NCBI GenBank assembly: GCA_963817385.1 | Contig: CAWFOM010000008.1 | Span: 160,001-224,000 of the forward strand | Direction of reading: 5' to 3' | DNA: 64,000 bases | Source of the DNA: an uncultured delta proteobacterium | GTDB lineage: Bacteria; Desulfobacterota; Syntrophia; Syntrophales; UBA5619 | Shown: piece by piece, positions 9,297-19,882 of the stretch | How the letters are laid out: every line of letters starts with the position of its first letter | Position numbering within the stretch: position 1 is the first letter of the stretch | The notes under the pieces: model-generated | Told to the model about the DNA's origin: nothing | Database searches by the model: none | What the model saw: the letters and a program-made list of their open reading frames with translations, nothing else | Made by a program: the position numbers and the translations under genes

Positions 9297-11384
9297 ATAA
9301 AAAAACTATTTACAAGCATAATTATTTTATTGACCCTATGCTTTTTCGTATCCCCAACGAACTCCCTCGCAGGTCAAGCAACCCTGGCATGGGACCCACC
9401 GGATATTTCCACAGATGTAACCGGCTATATGATACATTACGGAACGGCTTCCGGTACCTATTCACAGGCCATCAACGTCGGTAATACAACAAGCTATACG
9501 GTTAGCAACCTATCTGACGGACAGAAATATTATTTTGCCGTTACCGCCTATAATGCTGTCGGTTATCAAAGCGTATATTCAAATGAAGTCAGCCTAATGA
9601 CATCCCCTCAGCAATATCTTCTCATGACCTTGAACCCTGGCCCGGGACAGGGAACAGTATCGGGACCCGGGATAAGTTGCGGTAACACATGCTTTGCTGT
9701 CTACAACCCAGGCACCGTGGTGTCTCTTTCCGCAACGGCTGCTGCCGGATCAACCTTTGACGGTTGGTCGGGAGGGGGATGCAGCGGAACAGGGCTCTGC
9801 ACGGTCACAATGAATGCAAATACTACTATTACAGCTAATTTCAAAACGAGTCTGGTCACAACTAACCCACCGACATCTTTACTTACCATAAGCAAGCGTG
9901 GCAACAGGAGCGGCACGGTAAGCTCTTGGCCAGGCTGGATCAATTGCGGTCCTACCTGCAGCGCGTCTGTCACAAGCGGGACCAGTGTCACCCTTACCGC
10001 CACCCCCGCCGCGGGCTCAACCTTTTCCGGCTGGAGCGGTGCGTGCAGCGGCACTGGCGCTTCCTGCACCGTCGTTATGAATGATGCCAAAGCTGTGACC
10101 GCAACCTTCTCTGCGGATATCATTACCCAGACTGGCTCTATTACGTCTCTCTACTTTCCCCACGTGGACACAAGCTTACCCTGGCAAACGGAGATCGCCA
10201 TCATCAATACAAGCGATCAAACAGTCACCGGCACCCTGAGGGCCTTGAGCGATGAAGGTCAACTCGTAGAGACCAGGGGTGTCACGCTTTCTGCCCGCGG
10301 CAGGAGACAAATCATCGTTTCCGATGAGTTTACAAACCACATAAACATAGGATACATCATCTTTGACACAGCCTCTGCTGCAGTCCAGGGCTACACAAAG
10401 TTTTACCAGGAAGGAATCTATAGAACGGCAACCCCTGCGGTAAAAGAGCTGAACACCTCAAACATCTATATCTCACACATAGCCTCAAACGCTCAATGGT
10501 GGACCGAGGTAATCCTTGTGAACACAACCTCGGCAACGAAAGAACTGACCATTATCTTTGACAATGGCGAGAGCAGGAGTATCACACTCAATGCCAACGA
10601 ACACAAGGTCTTCACCATCACCAGCCTGTTCAATAACCAATCCCAGCCGGACATTCGATCGGCGGTGATCACCAATGCAAACGGCATCATTGGACTGGAG
10701 CTCTTTGGCAATACCCTTGGCGGCAACCAGATGGACGGAATCCTCCTTACCGGCAACACCGCCTCGACCATATACTACCCCCACGTGGCCGGTGATGGCT
10801 GGTGGACCGGCATTGTGGCCTATAACCCATGGGAATGGGCATGTACGATAACCGTGACACCCTACACTGCTCAAGGAACCCCGCTTTCCCCCAAGACTCT
10901 TTCTCTATCGGGGAAGGGAAAATATATCGGCACGGTTGCGGGACTCGGCTTCCCCGCTCAGACGGCGTGGTTCAAGATAGACTCCACGCGGTCCCTCACG
11001 GGCTTTGAGCTTTTTGGCACTGTCGACGGCAGCCAGCTTGCGGCCTATTCAGGAGGAGGTGGGACAGGTGCAAAGACGGGCGTCTTTGCCAAGATCGAGA
11101 ACATCGGCTGGACCGGCATTGCCTTTGTCAACACGGAAGACAGCGCGGCGTACGTTACCCTGACCGCCTATAACGACAATGGAACTGCCGTGGCCACTCA
11201 GGTGCTCCCTGTCAGTGGCCGTGCCAAGGTGGTCAATCTCGCGGAGGCGATCTTTTCGCAGGATATCAGCAGCGCCACGTATATTGCCTACTCATCGGAC
11301 AGAAATATTGTGGGTTTTCAGCTCAACGGTACTTCAGACGGTATGATGCTCGACGGGCTGCCTGCGCTTGCCGGAATCAATTGA
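9297..11384 (+). CDS. Secreted protein: FN3 domain, two divergent InlB B-repeat-like domains, four ~100-aa C-terminal repeats
   Basis: ATLAWDPP..GYMIHYG..YYFAVTAYN (FN3); two GSTFxGWSG..CSGTG..CTV.MN units; repeats LYFPHV..WQTEIAIIN; signal peptide is complete only from ATA 9297 (ORF track starts at TTG 9330). Confidence 0.8.
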   Translation: MKKLFTSIIILLTLCFFVSPTNSLAGQATLAWDPPDISTDVTGYMIHYGTASGTYSQAINVGNTTSYTVSNLSDGQKYYFAVTAYNAVGYQSVYSNEVSLMTSPQQYLLMTLNPGPGQGTVSGPGISCGNTCFAVYNPGTVVSLSATAAAGSTFDGWSGGGCSGTGLCTVTMNANTTITANFKTSLVTTNPPTSLLTISKRGNRSGTVSSWPGWINCGPTCSASVTSGTSVTLTATPAAGSTFSGWSGACSGTGASCTVVMNDAKAVTATFSADIITQTGSITSLYFPHVDTSLPWQTEIAIINTSDQTVTGTLRALSDEGQLVETRGVTLSARGRRQIIVSDEFTNHINIGYIIFDTASAAVQGYTKFYQEGIYRTATPAVKELNTSNIYISHIASNAQWWTEVILVNTTSATKELTIIFDNGESRSITLNANEHKVFTITSLFNNQSQPDIRSAVITNANGIIGLELFGNTLGGNQMDGILLTGNTASTIYYPHVAGDGWWTGIVAYNPWEWACTITVTPYTAQGTPLSPKTLSLSGKGKYIGTVAGLGFPAQTAWFKIDSTRSLTGFELFGTVDGSQLAAYSGGGGTGAKTGVFAKIENIGWTGIAFVNTEDSAAYVTLTAYNDNGTAVATQVLPVSGRAKVVNLAEAIFSQDISSATYIAYSSDRNIVGFQLNGTSDGMMLDGLPALAGIN

Positions 11385-11637
11385 TCCTCCAAAATGCACT
11401 TCTGTGATGATCAGACATCGGATGGCGGTATTTCTGGGCCGGGCACCCTCACTACATCAAAATGATGGATGATATCCCAGAATACCGTATAGCGGCAAGC
11501 CGGGTCATGATCCGTCCGTCACAGATCGGTGACAAAGGCCGCGAGACGAGCGCACAGGCAAAGCACATCAGCCATTTCCATTGACAAAACCGACAAGGGG
11601 CTGATACCGAGAAAAACAATCTAAGTTATTGATATCA

Positions 11638-11995
11638 TGGTGGAGGCGGCGGGAGTTGAACCCGCGTCCGGAAACCTTCCGCTGCACTTTCTACGTACGT
11701 ATCTTCTGTTTTAGTTTTCGCTCTCGAAGGCTCCCGGAAGCAGGATCCCTCGGTCGCTATCCTGTTTTAGGTTTTCGCCCCTCTCCCCCCAGGCGTGAGA
11801 GATCAGTTATCCTGCCAGTATGACGCCTCCGAACCGGCCCGACAGGCGAAGCCGGGGAGACGTTAGCCGACTAAGCGGCTAAAGCGTAATCGTAGTTGTC
11901 TGCGATTATATTGTCCTACCTGTTTAACGAGGCCTGTAGGAACCTCGGTACGCTTATGCAGCTTCATGCATCCCCGTCGAAACCGTGACGCCCCC
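11638..11995 (-). ncRNA. ssrA: tmRNA; tag peptide (A)ADNYDYALAA at 11903..11871
   Basis: 5' GGGGGCGTCACGGTTTCGACGGG, 3' GGACGCGGGTTCAACTCCCGCCGCCTCCACCA, tag ends ALAA-stop, adjacent to smpB. Confidence 0.97.
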
Positions 11996-12097
11996 ACGGA
12001 TGTGAAGCGATGTGAATGAACAAGTCTAATATATGTCGCCCACCACGGGAAGTCAAGCCGCATGATCCGGTTCCCGCCGATACGGGGGCGGTCACCC

Positions 12098-12574
12098 TCA
12101 CGAATCCCGGTTCTTCGCCCGGAGGCCCCTCTCGATCGCCCGACGGTCCTCCTTGAGCTTGATGTCCTCCCGCTTGTCGTAGAGTTTCTTCCCCCGGCCG
12201 ACGCCGATCTCTACCTTGACTTTCCCGTTTTTGAAATACATCCTCAGCGGGATCAGGGCCAGCCCCCGCTCCTGAGACTTGCCGTACAGCCGCCGGATCT
12301 CCCGCTTGTGCATGAGGAGTTTGCGGATGCGAAGCGGGTTATGATTCTCCCGGTTGCCGTGCGAGTAGGGGCTGACGTGAAGGTCGTAGAGGAAAAGCTC
12401 GTCGTCCTTGACCAGGGCGTAGCCGTCCTTGAGGTTCGCCCGGCCGTCCCGGAGGGCCTTCACCTCCGTACCCACGAGGGCGATCCCCGCCTCATAGGTC
12501 TCCTCGATGAAATAGTTCATCCTGGCCCGTTTGTTCGAGCAGATCGGCTTTTCCCCGGATTCCTTCCTTGCCAC
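12098..12574 (-). CDS. smpB: SsrA-binding protein SmpB
   Basis: [33 protein letters not shown]. Confidence 0.98.
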   Translation of the reverse strand: MARKESGEKPICSNKRARMNYFIEETYEAGIALVGTEVKALRDGRANLKDGYALVKDDELFLYDLHVSPYSHGNRENHNPLRIRKLLMHKREIRRLYGKSQERGLALIPLRMYFKNGKVKVEIGVGRGKKLYDKREDIKLKEDRRAIERGLRAKNRDS

Positions 12575-12637
12575 GGTGACTCCTGTCCTTCCATTCCCTT
12601 CGCGGGGCGGCCATTCCGCCCCTGCATATGTCCGCGC

Positions 12638-13396
12638 TTATGGGCCGTCGATCCGCGCCGGCAGGTAATCTGGTTTCACGTGCCCCATCGCCTTCCAGAT
12701 ATTCTCCCGGATGCGGGGATTATCTTTCGCCAACTCGCCGAGGAGTCCCTTGACGTAGCGCCTCCGGGAGGTCCTGCTTGTGGGGCAGCCGTTCTCGATG
12801 ACCGGGAATCCCCTCTCCCTCCCGTACTTTTTGACCAGATCCTCCCGGATGTATGCCAGCGGACGGATGATCCGCATCTCCCCTCCGAAGATCGTCTGGT
12901 TCGGGACCATAGTGCTGATCTCCCGCCCGTAGAATAGATTGATCAGTAGGGTTTCGATGATGTCGTCCCGGTGGTGGGCGAAGGCGATCTTGTTACATCC
13001 TTTCTCGGCAGCAATCTCGAAGATCCGCTTCCGCCGGAGACGCGAGCAGAGGAAGCAGGGGGTTTTTCGGTTGTAGTCACTGTGGGAGAGAGGCCCGATG
13101 TCCGTTTTTTCCATGACGTAATGGTAGGCGCCCTCCCGCAGATATCCCTGCAGCGTATCATAGCCCGCGTAACTCGAATCGAAGCCGGGGTCAATATTTA
13201 CGGCGAGTATCGAAAAAGAGGGGACGGTGACCATCGGGGTGTTGAGCAAATCGAGGAGTGACATGCTGTCCATCCCGCCTGAGACGCCTACCAGTACGCG
13301 GTCTCCCCCGGCGATCATTCCATAATCCATGACCGCCTTCTCCAGCCACTTTTTCAGATGCAGGAACAACCTCGATCGCTTTTCTTCCGGCATCAT
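12638..13396 (-). CDS. ttcA: TtcA-family tRNA 2-thiocytidine biosynthesis protein
   Basis: PP-loop SGGMDS, PCFLCSRLRR, AHHRDD, IRPL, CP; start uncertain. Confidence 0.85.
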   Translation of the reverse strand: MMPEEKRSRLFLHLKKWLEKAVMDYGMIAGGDRVLVGVSGGMDSMSLLDLLNTPMVTVPSFSILAVNIDPGFDSSYAGYDTLQGYLREGAYHYVMEKTDIGPLSHSDYNRKTPCFLCSRLRRKRIFEIAAEKGCNKIAFAHHRDDIIETLLINLFYGREISTMVPNQTIFGGEMRIIRPLAYIREDLVKKYGRERGFPVIENGCPTSRTSRRRYVKGLLGELAKDNPRIRENIWKAMGHVKPDYLPARIDGP

Positions 13397-13601
13397 CCCC
13401 CAAATCCCGTTACCATGATTCATGAATTCTATCCGAGATCGACCCGGTTATCAAGAAACTTTCATCGGTGCCGCCGCCGTCTATCGCATTGATAATCACA
13501 TCCATTTGGTATGGAAATACCCCAGGCAGCGGGCAGGATCCGCCGCATCTTTTCAATCATTCCCGAAATTGCATGCACAGCCCAGCCAGAAGGAGGCCGT
13601 T

Positions 13602-13862
13602 ATGACAGAAATCATCAATATCAATGCCCGGGAGATCCTGGATTCGCGCGGCAACCCGACCGTGGAAGCCCAGGAAACCCTGCTTTCGGGAATCGTCGGA
13701 CGGACCTCCGTGCCCGAGGCGAAGTACAACCGGCTGCTGAGGATCAAAGAGGAGATGGGCGATGCCGCCGTCTATCGGGGTCGCTCCGTCCGGCATTTAA
13801 TACTGGCGAAAAATAATGAAATTCCGGCAATGGACGATGAGGAGATGATTAGAGGAACTTGA
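13602..13862 (+). pseudogene. eno: Enolase remnant with large internal deletion
   Basis: [20 protein letters not shown] joined directly to [19 protein letters not shown]; aaggagg RBS. Confidence 0.85.
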
Positions 13863-16485
13863 ACAGCCTGCGGCGGAGGGATTCCAGCTGCACCTTGTTT
13901 CCCGTCAGGACGTATCTATTGGTGAGACGCTTTTCTCCCTTATCCTGCACCTCCGTTACGGAGATGATGTTTACATCCTGCAGATACCGTATGGCGCTTT
14001 GATAATTGGACTGAGACAGGGCCTCCGCCCTCCGGATTTCTCCCTTCCGGTACATCCTCGCCCCGAGACCCCGGATATTTTTCAGCCAATCCCGTTCCGC
14101 CTTCGGCCCCTTCCGGAGATAGTACGCTCCCCGAACAACCACCCAGTAGGATTCCATATAATTGTGGATGAGACCCGCAAAAGGGAGGAGGTTGGTCCGG
14201 CCCCGCCCCTTCACCTCAATCCAGGCCTTCTCATCCTTGTCGAAACCGGCAATCATCCCCCTATCGCGCAGATAGGCAAGGACCTCCCTTACCTCTTCCC
14301 CATCACTTTTCTGATCGTCAAAGATGAATTCATGGCGGAAGAGGCGTTTGAAAAAGGAGTAGTCATCGCTGATCCGATTGATGGGGACCATATCCTCTGA
14401 ACTCGTCAATACTGACATTGCAACAAAACTCATTGGGAGAAAATAGTGGAGGATATTGTTTTTGTAATACTCGAGATTCATCCGTTTGTCATCCTCGAGA
14501 GAATAGACGATCTCCTCAACTTCTTCTTCCTCTTCTTCCGTCCCCATGCGGGAGATGAGCCCCGACTGATTGAAGAGGTGCAGGGCTTCGGTGACCGCCT
14601 TTTCCCTGTCGGCGAAGGTCATGGCGAAAGAAACCTTGCGGAACGCGAGATAGTCGTAAAACAACTCCAAAACCTCCCTGAGTTCTCCCAACGAGATCCC
14701 TCTCCGGTCGTAACAAAGGAGACCCACGGCCGTCAGCGCAAAGGGGGTCACCACCGACACCTTGTTGATCGCCCGAACGATGGTATAGCCGATCCGACGG
14801 TAAAGACTCTGCCTCTCTTCAACGGTCATCTCCTCCAGGGGTTTTTCCTGGCTCGCAAGGTAGGATTTAAGCAGGATCGGGTCCCCGACATTCATGTAGA
14901 CGCGACCGTACCGTCTCCGGAGCAGCTTGCTGCTCTTGATCATCTCGGTCGCCCGCTCCTTCTCCTTGGGGGTGCCTCCGAGCTCCTGAAGATACGCCTT
15001 CTCCTCGACCACCCGGTCATATCCGATATAGACGGGGATAGCCGCCAGATCATCACAGGCCTTTTCCTGATAGGCCTGGATGATCATCGAGAGGAGTCCG
15101 TACTTGGGCATCACCATCTTCCCCGTCCGGCTGCGCCCTCCCTCAATGAAGAATTCCAAAGGCAGCCCCTCTTTCAGGAGTACCTTTACATACTTGGTAA
15201 AAACCTCGGCATAGAGATCGTTTCCCTTGAAGCTCCTGCGTAGAAAGAATGCACCTGATTTTCGGAAGATGTATCCCATAGGAAAGAAAGAAAGATTGGT
15301 CCCTGCTGCTACGAACGGCATCTGAATGTTGTTCTTGTAGAAGATATGAGAAAGGAGGAGGTAATCAAAATGGCTCCGGTGGCAAGGGATAATGACAAAG
15401 GGCATCTTCTTGGACACGTTTCTGATTTTTGCTATACCCTCGCCATCGACCACGACACCGTCATAGATGTTGTTCCAGAGCCAGTCGAGAATCCTGTCCC
15501 AGATCTCTACAAAGATCTCACTATAATCGGAGGCGATCTCATCCAGGTATATTCTTGCCTCCTTCCGGACCGCGTTAAAATCCCGCTTCGTCTTTTTCGC
15601 CTTCACCGCCATCTCTTCCATGAAGGTCACGAGACCTCTGTCCCTGAGGACCATGCCGATAATCTCCTCACGGGATTTCAGGAGAGGTCCCACGATCGTC
15701 GCCTTTTCCTCATCGATCCGGGCTATCAGATCCCCGCGGAGCTGCCGGACGAGCTCTTCGCGGGATGCACCTTCACCGGTATTGATGAACTCGGCAAGGT
15801 TGACCGGTTCGGCGGAGATGACCGAGGCTTTGTTGGAATACCTGAGGAAGGTGATGACCCGACGCAGGGGGTCGGTCGCATCGCTCTGGCCGAAGAGGAT
15901 GTTGATCAAACTTTCCTCTTCCTTTTCTCTTCTGCGCCCGTAGGTGATCAGTTCCGGACAGAGGTAGATCGGCACATCCAAGGTTGCCTGCACCTCCATC
16001 AGCTGGGAGAGGGTCTTAGAAACAAAAGGGTTTTCAAAGAGTTCCGATTCTCCGAGATGGATAATGGCGCTTTTCCTGCTACGAAGAAGTTCTTTGAGAT
16101 ACCCCGACTGAACGGGATCGAGGGTGGTCTTTTTGAATATCCGATAAGAAAGATAGGACATGATCACCCGGAGGGCGAAGGGAAACGGCTGCCAGCTGAT
16201 CATGTTGATACCGTGACAGTAAACAGGAGGGGGAATCGCCTTCCGTATGCAGATTTCCCTGAGGATCAGGCTGTTGAGTTGACTTTTATCTTTCAGTGCA
16301 TAGACGATGATCCCCTTTTCCGATAGCGCCTTGAGCTTTTCCGCCGTCTCATCGGTGATCCGAACCTTGGAGAGCACCTTCCGGAGCAGTCGGGAGAGAG
16401 GAAAATTATCTTCACGGTAGAGACTCCCCGCATAGTATGCGCCGATCTCCGTGGTCCATGATCTGACAGTCGACAGGACGGACAT
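13849..16485 (-). CDS. plsB: Glycerol-3-phosphate acyltransferase, PlsB-like
   Basis: [33 protein letters not shown]. Confidence 0.9.
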   Translation of the reverse strand: MSVLSTVRSWTTEIGAYYAGSLYREDNFPLSRLLRKVLSKVRITDETAEKLKALSEKGIIVYALKDKSQLNSLILREICIRKAIPPPVYCHGINMISWQPFPFALRVIMSYLSYRIFKKTTLDPVQSGYLKELLRSRKSAIIHLGESELFENPFVSKTLSQLMEVQATLDVPIYLCPELITYGRRREKEEESLINILFGQSDATDPLRRVITFLRYSNKASVISAEPVNLAEFINTGEGASREELVRQLRGDLIARIDEEKATIVGPLLKSREEIIGMVLRDRGLVTFMEEMAVKAKKTKRDFNAVRKEARIYLDEIASDYSEIFVEIWDRILDWLWNNIYDGVVVDGEGIAKIRNVSKKMPFVIIPCHRSHFDYLLLSHIFYKNNIQMPFVAAGTNLSFFPMGYIFRKSGAFFLRRSFKGNDLYAEVFTKYVKVLLKEGLPLEFFIEGGRSRTGKMVMPKYGLLSMIIQAYQEKACDDLAAIPVYIGYDRVVEEKAYLQELGGTPKEKERATEMIKSSKLLRRRYGRVYMNVGDPILLKSYLASQEKPLEEMTVEERQSLYRRIGYTIVRAINKVSVVTPFALTAVGLLCYDRRGISLGELREVLELFYDYLAFRKVSFAMTFADREKAVTEALHLFNQSGLISRMGTEEEEEEVEEIVYSLEDDKRMNLEYYKNNILHYFLPMSFVAMSVLTSSEDMVPINRISDDYSFFKRLFRHEFIFDDQKSDGEEVREVLAYLRDRGMIAGFDKDEKAWIEVKGRGRTNLLPFAGLIHNYMESYWVVVRGAYYLRKGPKAERDWLKNIRGLGARMYRKGEIRRAEALSQSNYQSAIRYLQDVNIISVTEVQDKGEKRLTNRYVLTGNKVQLESLRRRLFKFL

Positions 16486-16610
16486 GCTCCCTCAGGCCCT
16501 CCCCATAACCGAAAATGCCTGCAGAATCCCCGGGTCTGTCTTCAAACGCATGAAATTCTCTCTCTTCTCCCACTCCCCATGACTCATTCCCCCGGATCTA
16601 TCGGGGGTTA

Positions 16611-18416
16611 TCACAGACCGTTCACCTGAAATTCCTCCGGAAAGCGTTTCCGCATGGCTGCATCCACAAAAGCCCGGATCTCCGCAGTGGAGGAAAGGGT
16701 CATCACCTTGTTCAGGAGGGTCTTCGACTCCTTCAGCGTTGATCCCCGGATGATCTTCTTTACCCGGGGGATAGCCAACGGATTCATACTCAATTCATCC
16801 AGCTCCAGCCCCAGCAGGATCATGGTATATGCCGGCTCTCCCGCCATCTCCCCGCACATTGCCACCCTGATCCCCGACTTATGACCGATTTCTACAACAT
16901 GTTTGATCAGGCGCAGGACGGCCGGATGGAGCGGTTCATACAGGTAGGTAACCCGTTCATTGATCCTGTCGATTGCCAGGACATACTGGATGAGGTCGTT
17001 GGTTCCGATGCTGAAGAAATCCACTTCTTTGGCCAGTTCTTCGGCAACGATCACCGCCGAGGGGACTTCGATCATAACACCAATCTCGATATCCGTACCC
17101 ACGGATTCCCCTCTGGCCAGCAATTCATCTTTTACTTCGGAAAAGATCCGCTTGGCTTCTCGGATCTCCTCGATACCCGAAATCATCGGAAACATGACCC
17201 TGATCTTCCCTTGGGTGCTCACCCGAAGAATCGCCCGGAGTTGGATCTTGAAGAGTTCCAACTCCTTCAGGCAGAAACGGATGGCCCGGAGACCCAGTTG
17301 GGGATTTAATTCACGGATATGCTTTTGATCCGGGAAGAACTTGTCGCCGCCCAGGTCGAACGTGCGGATCGTAGACCAGCAAAGGCCTTTGACACCAACT
17401 ACGGAACGGTAGTTGGCGAGATGATCTTCTTCGCTGGGAAGTTCTTCACGGTTGATGTAGAGGAACTCCGTCCGGTAAAGCCCGATCCCGTCTGCGCCAT
17501 GAGCGATAGCGGAGGGGATCTCTTCGACAAATTCAATGTTGCCGCCAATTTCCACACGGTAGTCATCCTTCGTCACCGCCGGAAGTCTTGCATAATCCAG
17601 CAGATCGTCTTGAGCCTCCTCATAGAGTCTCTTCTTGTCTTCGTACCGTTTGCGCACCTCCGGATCGGGATGGACGATCACGACACCGGCGGAACCATCG
17701 ATGATGATATCGTCATTGGTCCGGACGGCCCGGGTGATATTCTCCAGACCGACTACGGCAGGGATCTCGATCGACCGGGCCACGATCGCCGTATGGGAGG
17801 TCTTCCCCCCAATGTCCGTCGCGAACCCCAGCACCTTGTCGATCTTCATCTGCGCCGTATCCGCTGGCGAAAGATCGGCGGCGATGATGACGACCTTTTC
17901 TCCCATGTCGAGAACTACTCGTTTTTTCCCGGCGAGATTTGCCAGGATCCGCTGTCCGGCATACTGGATATCGCTGATGCGACCCCGAAGGTAGTCGTCA
18001 TCCATCCTGTCGAAAATCTCCCGGTATTTGTCGACGGTCATACGGACTGCCCATTCAGCATTGACGGACATCTCCCGGATATTCTGAATGGTCCGGTCGA
18101 TGAATTTCCGATCCTTCATAATCATGATGTGGACATCGATGATATAGAGCGGATCCATGCCTCCGCCAAGATCACTAAGCGTATTCTTCAGCTCAAGAAG
18201 CTGTTTTACCGACTCCCGGAGCGCCTTGCGGAAGCGCCGAATCTCCTTGGTAATCAGCCCCGGATCACTCAGTTTATAGAAAGGAACGTGCGCATCGAGC
18301 CGGTCGAAAAGATAGGCCTTGCCGATCACAATACCCGGAGAAACGCCGATCCCCTTCATGACAAAAGTTTTCTTCAGATCATCAGTATCCATGGAACCCT
18401 TATCCTCTTCGATCAA
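16611..18416 (-). CDS. ptsI: PTS enzyme I
   Basis: GGKTSHTAIVAR, GIGLYRTE, FFSIGTNDL, MCGEMAG. Confidence 0.96.
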   Translation of the reverse strand: MIEEDKGSMDTDDLKKTFVMKGIGVSPGIVIGKAYLFDRLDAHVPFYKLSDPGLITKEIRRFRKALRESVKQLLELKNTLSDLGGGMDPLYIIDVHIMIMKDRKFIDRTIQNIREMSVNAEWAVRMTVDKYREIFDRMDDDYLRGRISDIQYAGQRILANLAGKKRVVLDMGEKVVIIAADLSPADTAQMKIDKVLGFATDIGGKTSHTAIVARSIEIPAVVGLENITRAVRTNDDIIIDGSAGVVIVHPDPEVRKRYEDKKRLYEEAQDDLLDYARLPAVTKDDYRVEIGGNIEFVEEIPSAIAHGADGIGLYRTEFLYINREELPSEEDHLANYRSVVGVKGLCWSTIRTFDLGGDKFFPDQKHIRELNPQLGLRAIRFCLKELELFKIQLRAILRVSTQGKIRVMFPMISGIEEIREAKRIFSEVKDELLARGESVGTDIEIGVMIEVPSAVIVAEELAKEVDFFSIGTNDLIQYVLAIDRINERVTYLYEPLHPAVLRLIKHVVEIGHKSGIRVAMCGEMAGEPAYTMILLGLELDELSMNPLAIPRVKKIIRGSTLKESKTLLNKVMTLSSTAEIRAFVDAAMRKRFPEEFQVNGL

Positions 18417-18439
18417 ACACCGGACAGGTCACGGTGCCA

Positions 18440-18709
18440 TCACGTCTCTCCGAATTTAGCGGTAATCAGCCGAACAAAAGCCTCCATCGCCTCCCGTGCA
18501 TCGACACCCTCCGTACGAACCGTCAGCCGGCTCCCGTAGGGACAGAACAGGGTGAGAATCCCCAGGATGCTCCGTCCGTTGACCTCGACACCATCCTTCT
18601 CCAATAATACCTCCGACTGAAAACGATTGGCGGTTTCGACTAATTTAGCGGCAACTCTGGCATGAATGCCTAGCTGATTCGTGATTTCAAACGTTCTGAT
18701 TTCGACCAT
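18440..18709 (-). CDS. ptsH: Phosphocarrier protein HPr
   Basis: GIHARVAA (His15), NGRSILG (Ser46). Confidence 0.95.
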   Translation of the reverse strand: MVEIRTFEITNQLGIHARVAAKLVETANRFQSEVLLEKDGVEVNGRSILGILTLFCPYGSRLTVRTEGVDAREAMEAFVRLITAKFGET

Positions 18710-18710
18710 A

Positions 18711-19433
18711 TTATATGGATAGAACCATGCATAAAAGCATCATCCCGTAGAGGACCGTAACGGGAGAAATTCCTCTGCGAACCCCGGTAAAACACAGGAT
18801 AATCAGGACCAGCACAACCGCCTTCACCGGAATTTCGGGGAGGAAAGTCCAGGAACGGTAGAACATCTCCCCGGCCACAGCCGAGAGGATACCGATCAGC
18901 GTAAGCGACAGAAGCCGTATTTTCCCGGCTACTCCAGGGAGGTCCAACATACGGATAAAGTCGATGCTCCCTTTGCCCCGGCGGTATCCCTCGATAAACC
19001 CTTTTCCTCTGACCCATAAGTGGGTAGGATTATGGAGAATCAGAAGCACCAAGGGCGCCAGGAGAACCCCCATCAGAGCCAGAAGAACGGCGGTGACGGA
19101 TGAAAATGACCTCAACGCCCCCCAGAAGAAGGGATCTCCTATCGCCGCATACGGCCCCATGACGGCCTTCTTCAGATGATCAGCCGCCTCGGTATCACCG
19201 TCTTCCTCAAGCCTCACCACAGAGCCGATGACCAGGCCGGTGAGGTAGGGATGAGTATTGAACATTTCCAGATGCCTCATGAGTGACGCCGAGCGACGTT
19301 GCGGATCACATTCCTGACGGGTCAGAGGCAACAGGGAAAAAGCGAAACCCAGACTCTGCATCCTGTAGAAGTTGAAGGAGGTCTGAATTGTCAGTGACCG
19401 CAGGAAAATGCGGAATAGCACCTTTTTTTTCAT
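18711..19433 (-). CDS. PTS mannose/fructose/sorbose family IID subunit
   Basis: QTSFNFYRMQSLGF, FNTHPY, MGPYAAIGDPFFW. Confidence 0.9.
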   Translation of the reverse strand: MKKKVLFRIFLRSLTIQTSFNFYRMQSLGFAFSLLPLTRQECDPQRRSASLMRHLEMFNTHPYLTGLVIGSVVRLEEDGDTEAADHLKKAVMGPYAAIGDPFFWGALRSFSSVTAVLLALMGVLLAPLVLLILHNPTHLWVRGKGFIEGYRRGKGSIDFIRMLDLPGVAGKIRLLSLTLIGILSAVAGEMFYRSWTFLPEIPVKAVVLVLIILCFTGVRRGISPVTVLYGMMLLCMVLSI

Positions 19434-19748
19434 GCTTACTACCCTCGCCGGGAACATCAGGCCAACCGATCGCGCCGTACGCGCCCTCTCTCCTCATGTG
19501 CATACGGAGAATCAAAGTACATTCCGGCACTGATTGATGGCGTTGCCTACCATGAAAGACATATGAAGTCAATCAATTCACCCCCCTGACGACACCGATT
19601 TCTCAGCGGTTCGGACAAGATATGTTTGCCGATTGGAAACCTGTCGGGGAATCGTATCCCCCTGCCATTCCCGGCGATCCGGTGTCGATATCTTTTCATA
19701 CCGGAATCACAATATTATTTTTCTAATTATCACAGGAGAAAATTTTTC

Positions 19749-19777
19749 TTGACATCGGGTTTTAATTTTGATAGCAA
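19749..19777 (+). promoter_or_regulatory. Sigma70-type promoter upstream of PxxKW gene
   Basis: TTGACA-N17-TAGCAA with AT-rich upstream region. Confidence 0.5.
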
Positions 19778-19800
19778 AGCACGCCTTGAAGAAAGGGAAT

Positions 19801-19851
19801 AACCGACCCGCTTGGCCATAACCATGGTTTTGAAAGCGGGTCGGTTTTTTT
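19801..19851 (+). terminator. Intrinsic terminator-like hairpin within putative 5' leader
   Basis: Stem AACCGACCCGCTT/AAGCGGGTCGGTT running into a T tract. Confidence 0.6.
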
Positions 19852-19882
19852 AGGATTTTGTATACCTATCAAAAAAGAGGAG

